Source: Bryobacterales bacterium (GTDB taxonomy: Bacteria > Acidobacteriota > Terriglobia > Bryobacterales > UBA6623). Taken from it: a stretch of DNA of 64,000 nucleotides. The position numbers and the translations under genes were made by a program. This document shows positions 58,824 through 64,000 of the stretch, piece after piece; the first letter of the stretch is position 1, and each line of letters opens with the position of its first letter. Under the pieces are notes generated by a model, which was not told the DNA's origin, did not search any database, and saw only the letters and a list, made by a program, of their open reading frames with translations. The stretch spans positions 773,171 to 837,170 of the forward strand of contig CBDFJA010000002.1 in NCBI GenBank assembly GCA_965248365.1. The letters are read 5' to 3'.

Positions 58824-59591
58824 TCAAGTCGGCCACTTGGTCCGCAAAGTGGATCGCATGCGGAGAATGGCCTGGGACTTGAGTTGCGACACTCTGGTCT
58901 CGTGCAAGTGGACAATACCCGCGATCTGCCGCAATGTCAGCTCGCGGTGATAATAGAGCGTGACGATCGTCCGTTCGACCTCGGGTAGGTGCTCGATCGC
59001 CTGGGTCACGAGGCGTTCGAGCTCGGCCCGCTCGAACAACTCAGAGGGCCATTCTTCGGAACTGTCGGAGACGAAGCGCAGCAGATCGGTCCCTTCGCCG
59101 TCGGGCCCGCCCGCCTGTTCGATAGGGGCCAAATTGATGCCGCGGACCTCGACCAACCATCGGCGGTAGTCTTCGAGGGAAATATTGAGCTCGCCGGCAA
59201 CCTCTTCTTCGACCGGTGTTCGATGCAGTTTCTTCTCCCCGGCTTGGATGGCCGCTTCAATCAGCTTGGCTTTGCGCCGTTTGTTGCGCGGCGCCCAGTC
59301 CAGGCTGCGCAGGCTGTCGAGAATGGCGCCTCGGATCTTGTGCTCGGCATAGGTCTTCAGCTTGACGTTGAGCGAGGGGTCGAACTTGTCGACTGCCTCG
59401 ATCAGCCCCAACACGCCAACGCTGACCAGATCGTCCATGCAGACGCTCTCGGGCAGCTTATCGTGGATTCGAGAAGCGATCAGCTTGACTTGCGGCAAAT
59501 GGGTCGAGATGAGCTGTTCTCGATCGCGGTCTTGTTCGCGCGCCTCGGGGGAAGCCGAAGCGTCGGTATAGGTGGTCGTTCGTTGCGTCAA
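58824..59591 (-). CDS. fliA: Sigma-28 factor FliA/WhiG
   Basis: DDLVSVGVLGLIEAV, YAEHKIRGAILDSLRSLDW and ETRVSQL motifs; likely TTG start overlapping the flhF stop. Confidence 0.94.
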   Translation of the reverse strand: MTQRTTTYTDASASPEAREQDRDREQLISTHLPQVKLIASRIHDKLPESVCMDDLVSVGVLGLIEAVDKFDPSLNVKLKTYAEHKIRGAILDSLRSLDWAPRNKRRKAKLIEAAIQAGEKKLHRTPVEEEVAGELNISLEDYRRWLVEVRGINLAPIEQAGGPDGEGTDLLRFVSDSSEEWPSELFERAELERLVTQAIEHLPEVERTIVTLYYHRELTLRQIAGIVHLHETRVSQLKSQAILRMRSTLRTKWPT

Positions 59592-60850
59592 TGTTGTCCC
59601 TTCAGCATGAGGTTCAACAGATAGGGGTCGGTCGCCGGAACGAGGTCCTCGGGTACCCGCTGCCCGGTGCCGAAAAACGACAGGGGCAGCTTCGTTCTTA
59701 CGGCCTGGTTGACAATCGGGCCGCAAGCGTCGGTTTCATCCAGTTTCGTCACCAGAAGTTTGGCCGGCTTGAAAACCCGATATTGGTCCACAATGCGTTC
59801 GAGGTGTTGGCGGCGCGTATTCAAGCTGACGACGAGGTGAGCGTCGATCGCCGGCTGGGCGGCCAGGCACTCAGCCAAACGGCGCGCCCGCGGCCATTCG
59901 GCCGGTCCGTATCCCGGCGTGTCGATGAAGATCAATTCAGGGCGCTCGCCCTGTTGGCCGCGGCACAGAGTTTCGAGGCGGCCCGGCAGACTCTCGATCT
60001 CATCGATTACGCCAAACGGCGCGGCAAGCAGCCGGGCATAGCTTGCAAGCGGCTCGGCTTCGCCCACCCTCCGTTGGTCGACGGAAAGCAGGTGAATCGG
60101 ACATTGACGCGCCCACCCGTAGCGAATCGCCAGCTTGGCCAGCGTCGTCGTCTTTCCCGCCCCGCTCGGTCCGACGAGAGCGACAATTTTCGGCTGGGAC
60201 CCCCGACGGCCGAGATCACTCGATGTTCGGCAAAGCGTGGCGAGTTGACGCGCCAACAGCTCCTCCAGGCGCTCCCGTCCCACGCCTTCCTCAACCGTTC
60301 GCCGAAGCCCGGCGACCCACTGTCCCGCGATGGCCGGGTCCACTTCCTTGCCGATCAGGCGCCTGTAGACGTTGGCCAATTCCTGCTGTGCAAGCACTTC
60401 GCCGGAGGGCAGGAATACGGGCACGCTATCCAGGCGGGCCAGGACAAGCCGCTGCAAGTCTTCCAGCCGCGCCGACAGACCCTCTATCATTTCTCGCGAG
60501 GCGGGCTGGTGGCCGGCCAAAGCGGAGCGGGCTGGACTTGAGCCGGCCCCCGACGGGCGAGAGCCTGCTGTAGCGGGAGTATCGACGGGCGCGGTTTGAG
60601 CGGCCGCCGCGGCGGGGGATCCGGCCGCCACCGAATGCGGACCGCGCCACGCGACGGGCGGCGACATGCCAGGCTTGACGGAAACGCTTCGTCCCCAGCG
60701 CTGTGAATCAGCGGTCTGCTGAGCGTTCGCCGGGCGGGCATGGTTCTGGGCCGGTCGGGAAGCTGAGTGCAGGCTGGCCCGCTGGCGCGGGGCCGCGTCG
60801 CCATTGGATCTTCCCTCCCCGGGCGCTTGAGGGTTCGCGGCGGAAGGACG
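59588..60850 (-). pseudogene. flhF: FlhF GTPase lacking its N-terminal domain
   Basis: GPSGAGKTTTLAKLA, DTPG, TKLDET and GTGQRVPEDL motifs. Frame is open upstream only to the flgE junction; no MKIKKF-type N-terminus. Confidence 0.8.
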
Positions 60851-61449
60851 GGCGTGAACGTGAGTGTCAGAATGTGGGAGCTGCCCAGGGAATCAAAAAC
60901 CTGGATCGGAGCCGTAAACGGCGCGATGAGACTCTTCGACAGGTTGGCGGTGGCGCTGAGGTTTTGTGTCGCCTGCGGCTCAAGCGTATCGTTGCCGCCC
61001 AACGTGATGTCTCCGATCGGCAGGTTGGTGTTCACCTGACCCGTCGTTGGATTGCGTACCCACCCTTGCACGACCTCGCCGTTGATGGTGACCATCTGCT
61101 GGCGCGAGTCAAGCTGAAAATTACCCGCCCGCGTATACTGGATCAGTCCTTGGTCGCTGACCATGAAGAACCCCTCGCCTTGGACGGCTGCGTCCAGCAA
61201 GCCGCCCGTATTCTGCACCGTTCCTTGCTCGAAGCGGCGGGAGACCGTGATGGGTGCGACACCCAAGCCGACCTGGGATGCTACGCCCGACCTGCTCTGG
61301 CCGATCTGTTGGTAGAAAAGGTCTCGAAATTCAGACCGGCTGGCTTTGAAGGCGAAGGTGTTGAGATTCGCCAAATTGTTGGCTATGACTTCCACCGCCC
61401 TCGCATGGGAACGAAGGCCGGAGAGTGCGGTAAAAAAAGCGCTTGGCAT
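60851..61449 (-). pseudogene. flgE: Flagellar hook protein FlgE, N-terminal about 200 aa only
   Basis: ALSGL, IANNLANLNTFAFK, YTRAGNF and VFDSLGSSH motifs, followed by non-homologous read-through; no C-terminal MSNVDL motif. Confidence 0.85.
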
Positions 61450-61475
61450 CGATAACTCCTTTTCCTATTGAAAAA

Positions 61476-61778
61476 CTAGACGGAAGCTGCCGGCTGGTCG
61501 GCGCCCGGCTCGGCGGATTCCTCTGTTGTCAGCAAGACTTCGTGGATGGCGTCCAAAGTACGGCGCATTTCAAGCAACTGCTCCATGGCGCTGAACTCGG
61601 CCAGTTGACTGACAAACTCGGTCGGGTCCATCGGACTTAAAGGATCTTGGTGGCGAATCTGGGCCACTAAGAGCCGCAGGAAAGTGTCCCGGTTGGCGCC
61701 GTCGTTGATCAAGGGCTGTGACGTGGTATTGTCACGGGCGTCCGTCCCCGAAGAGGCGGCGATTCCTGTTACCGTCAT
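61476..61778 (-). CDS. flgD: Flagellar hook capping protein FlgD (short form)
   Basis: FLRLLVAQIRHQDPLSPMDPTEFVSQLAEFS. Confidence 0.93.
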   Translation of the reverse strand: MTVTGIAASSGTDARDNTTSQPLINDGANRDTFLRLLVAQIRHQDPLSPMDPTEFVSQLAEFSAMEQLLEMRRTLDAIHEVLLTTEESAEPGADQPAASV

Positions 61779-62041
61779 GGCGTGACACTCCTGGCACGTG
61801 TGTGAGACGCGGCCTTCGCTGACTGTCGGCGACCCTTTTCGGTCAGTGGGTTTTCGCCTTTGGCGTCGGCGTAAGAGCGATTGGACTGTTCGACGCCTTT
61901 CGGGGAGCTGGGCCCGTCCATGCTTGGCGGAGCGGTTGTGATCCTGCGGCGAAGACGGCTGAGCGCGGCCAGCCATTCCGCCGCCGGCCCGGTCCGCGTC
62001 GTTGTTGGTTTCTCCTCGTCGTTTCTAGAAAGCTGTCTCAT
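61775..62041 (-). CDS. Hypothetical protein between fliK and flgD
   Basis: 88-aa ORF coupled to the flgD start. Confidence 0.4.
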   Translation of the reverse strand: MRQLSRNDEEKPTTTRTGPAAEWLAALSRLRRRITTAPPSMDGPSSPKGVEQSNRSYADAKGENPLTEKGRRQSAKAASHTRARSVTP

Positions 62042-62052
62042 GGGCCTCTCCT

Positions 62053-64000
62053 CTATTCAAGTTCCAGACGAAATACTCGACCGGCCTCCGGTTCCCCGCG
62101 ACGGCTCTGTCTTTGGGGATGGCGCGGCGGCCGGTAGCGCCCTCCCTGTCGCGACTGGGCGTCCTCCCAAGAACCCAGGAAGTGCCCGGCCCCGGAGTTC
62201 GAGGCTTGCAGTCCCCTTTGAGCCAGCGACTCGAGCAAGCTTGGCAGCCCCTCGGTAAAGAGCTGACTCGCCCGCGTGGAATCGGTCCTCACCAGGGTGT
62301 CGATGACGCCGCCACGCTCGACCAGACGAACCGACATGCGCCCGATGCGGTCGTCGCTGAGCAGTAGGTTCATCTGATGGGAATCGATCTTGCGATGAAG
62401 AGCCGCCATATCGACCAGCCGCTCGACCGAACGCACGCGGCTCGCGGCGCTGCTCGCCTCTTGGTGAGCTTCGGCTTGAGGAGACCCGCCATCGACACTC
62501 TGAGCCGAACTCCGGCTCGGTAAAACGAATGAGGTCTTCGCTTCCGCTGGAGCTTGGCTGGGCGCTGCGGCTTCACTTCGAGTGGCCGTGATGGTGATGG
62601 GCGAGGGAGTGCGATCGCCAGAGCGAGCGGGTTTAGAGAGGCCGCTCAACTCGGTCACGTCTTCACCCGCCGCTGTGTTCGACATGGCCGTGCCTGGCGA
62701 CGTTCCCCCCCGTGACCCGGTTCCAACCCGGCCGCCGTTGGTCTCCCGGTCGGCGAGGGAAAGCTCGACGGGCGCGGGTTCCCGGGCGCCCTTCCCGTCT
62801 TTGTGCAGGGAATGTCCGCTGGGCAGTTTGGAACTCTCCCCTGCAGCTTCTAGCTTTGAGCTATGACCGGCAACGCGATCGCCGCTGGAGCCATCCCGCT
62901 GCGATTCGATGGACAACTCGGCGACCGAGAGGGGTAGCCTTGGCACGTTCGCCCGCCTCGCGTCCGCGCTGGGCGGTATGAGACCGCGTACCTCTTGCCG
63001 CTGGGAGGCTTGGGCGTTGCTTTTTCGCGGCGTAGGCACAACCTCTGGGGTTGGCGACGAGGCCACGCCGAAGACCGCCCGAAGGGAAGCCGAATGGTTC
63101 GGCGGCAAACCCGTCAGTGGAAAAACCTCGGGGACCTGCCGCGAGACGGCGGAGTCCGAACCGGCTTCCGGGAACTCCCCAGTCCGCGCTGCCCGATCGG
63201 ACAGCGACGCCTGCCGGTCTCGAGCAGAGGACTCCCCGCTCTCCCGCAATGGTTCGGGCCGTGTCCGCCGATGGGGAACCGCTTGTTCCGTGTTCTCTGC
63301 AATCAGCTTTTCGTTGAAACGGGCGCGGAGTGCGGCAACCGCTCGTGAAGGCTCCTCGAGCACTCGGTCGGAAGGTTGCCGAAAGACCTCCTGTCCGGCA
63401 GACGTCGGAGTCTCGGAAGGTCGGCGAAAGACCTCCTGTCCCGCGGGCGCCGCAGTCTCGGCGACCGCTACGGGCTTGACGTTAGGCTTCCGCTCACCAG
63501 GTGCGCCATGCCCCGTCGGTAAGGTTTCAGAAAGCAATTCCGAGGAAATCGCCCCGATCCTACCGTCGCGACTCACGTCGCCGGGATGCAGCGAGGCCTG
63601 ATTCGGCCGTTCCGCCTTGGCTGGGTTATCTTCGAAAATTTCGCTGTCGGAGGTTTCCGTTAACCCGGGCTGCCCGAGACCTACACCCTGCTCGCTGGCA
63701 GCATTAGAGGTCGCCGAGGGGACTAGATCAAGGCCCGTCCCGCCAATAGGACGCTGGCCGACAAACTCCAACGGCTCAGCTTCAGTGGATATCGGAGTAG
63801 CGGACATCGGAGTAGATCCGGCCCTCTCCTGAACATGGCGTGATGGGTTGCTACCTGAGTTGCGCTGAAGCTGTCGAAGGATTTCGAGAGCTTCGGCGGG
63901 AATCCTACCGAGTCGTCCCGAGATGTTTGAGGTTAAGGTTGTACCCGAAGCTGCCCCTGAGCCAGGGACCTTCCCACCGTCACCATTGGGATCGCCCGGC
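62053..64000 (-). CDS. fliK: Flagellar hook-length control protein FliK (5' end outside window)
   Basis: Low-complexity S/A/P/G body; C-terminal LSDDRIGRMSVRLVERGG...LLESLAQRGL domain; frame open to the window edge; upstream of flgD. Confidence 0.8.
   Translation of the reverse strand, partial: PGDPNGDGGKVPGSGAASGTTLTSNISGRLGRIPAEALEILRQLQRNSGSNPSRHVQERAGSTPMSATPISTEAEPLEFVGQRPIGGTGLDLVPSATSNAASEQGVGLGQPGLTETSDSEIFEDNPAKAERPNQASLHPGDVSRDGRIGAISSELLSETLPTGHGAPGERKPNVKPVAVAETAAPAGQEVFRRPSETPTSAGQEVFRQPSDRVLEEPSRAVAALRARFNEKLIAENTEQAVPHRRTRPEPLRESGESSARDRQASLSDRAARTGEFPEAGSDSAVSRQVPEVFPLTGLPPNHSASLRAVFGVASSPTPEVVPTPRKSNAQASQRQEVRGLIPPSADARRANVPRLPLSVAELSIESQRDGSSGDRVAGHSSKLEAAGESSKLPSGHSLHKDGKGAREPAPVELSLADRETNGGRVGTGSRGGTSPGTAMSNTAAGEDVTELSGLSKPARSGDRTPSPITITATRSEAAAPSQAPAEAKTSFVLPSRSSAQSVDGGSPQAEAHQEASSAASRVRSVERLVDMAALHRKIDSHQMNLLLSDDRIGRMSVRLVERGGVIDTLVRTDSTRASQLFTEGLPSLLESLAQRGLQASNSGAGHFLGSWEDAQSRQGGRYRPPRHPQRQSRRGEPEAGRVFRLELE

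Noticed and set aside
63361-63445. About 45-bp tandem repeat in fliK (GQEVFR.PS twice)
   Set aside because: Ordinary low-complexity variation in FliK
1-64000. tRNA, rRNA or riboswitch genes
   Set aside because: None recognised by eye; tRNAscan-SE and Infernal would be needed to exclude them

Overview
High-GC bacterial window, probably Acidobacteriota (Bryobacterales/Solibacter-like). That host assignment is inferred from a Solibacter-type C-terminal-domain surface protein and the flagellar gene style. Layout: (1) 1-6.3 kb is an accessory zone with two IS630 copies, each splitting a gene, two HEPN-like genes, and a surface-protein cassette bracketed by a duplicated phage gene end. (2) About 6.3-32.2 kb is a minus-strand HK97-type siphovirus prophage whose packaging, head, lysis and tail genes look intact. 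It has a 1871-aa mosaic tail tip/tailspike with 66-bp repeats, a -1 frameshifted tail chaperone, a lysis cassette inside the head-tail module, and a PIN-toxin gene pair. No integrase, repressor or replication gene is visible in the window. (3) 32.2-64 kb is host DNA: a decayed TetR-RND efflux operon, LLM oxidoreductase, sialidase, Pgi, lemA-htpX, IS481, quinone oxidoreductase, an ImmA/DUF4411 pair, xdhC-mocA, an IS630-split sulfatase-like gene, hemH, and a flagellar cluster with a large flgE-flhF deletion. Three copies of a CTAG-bounded MITE-like repeat with variable centres lie at gene ends. All calls come from reading motifs by eye; no database searches were run.
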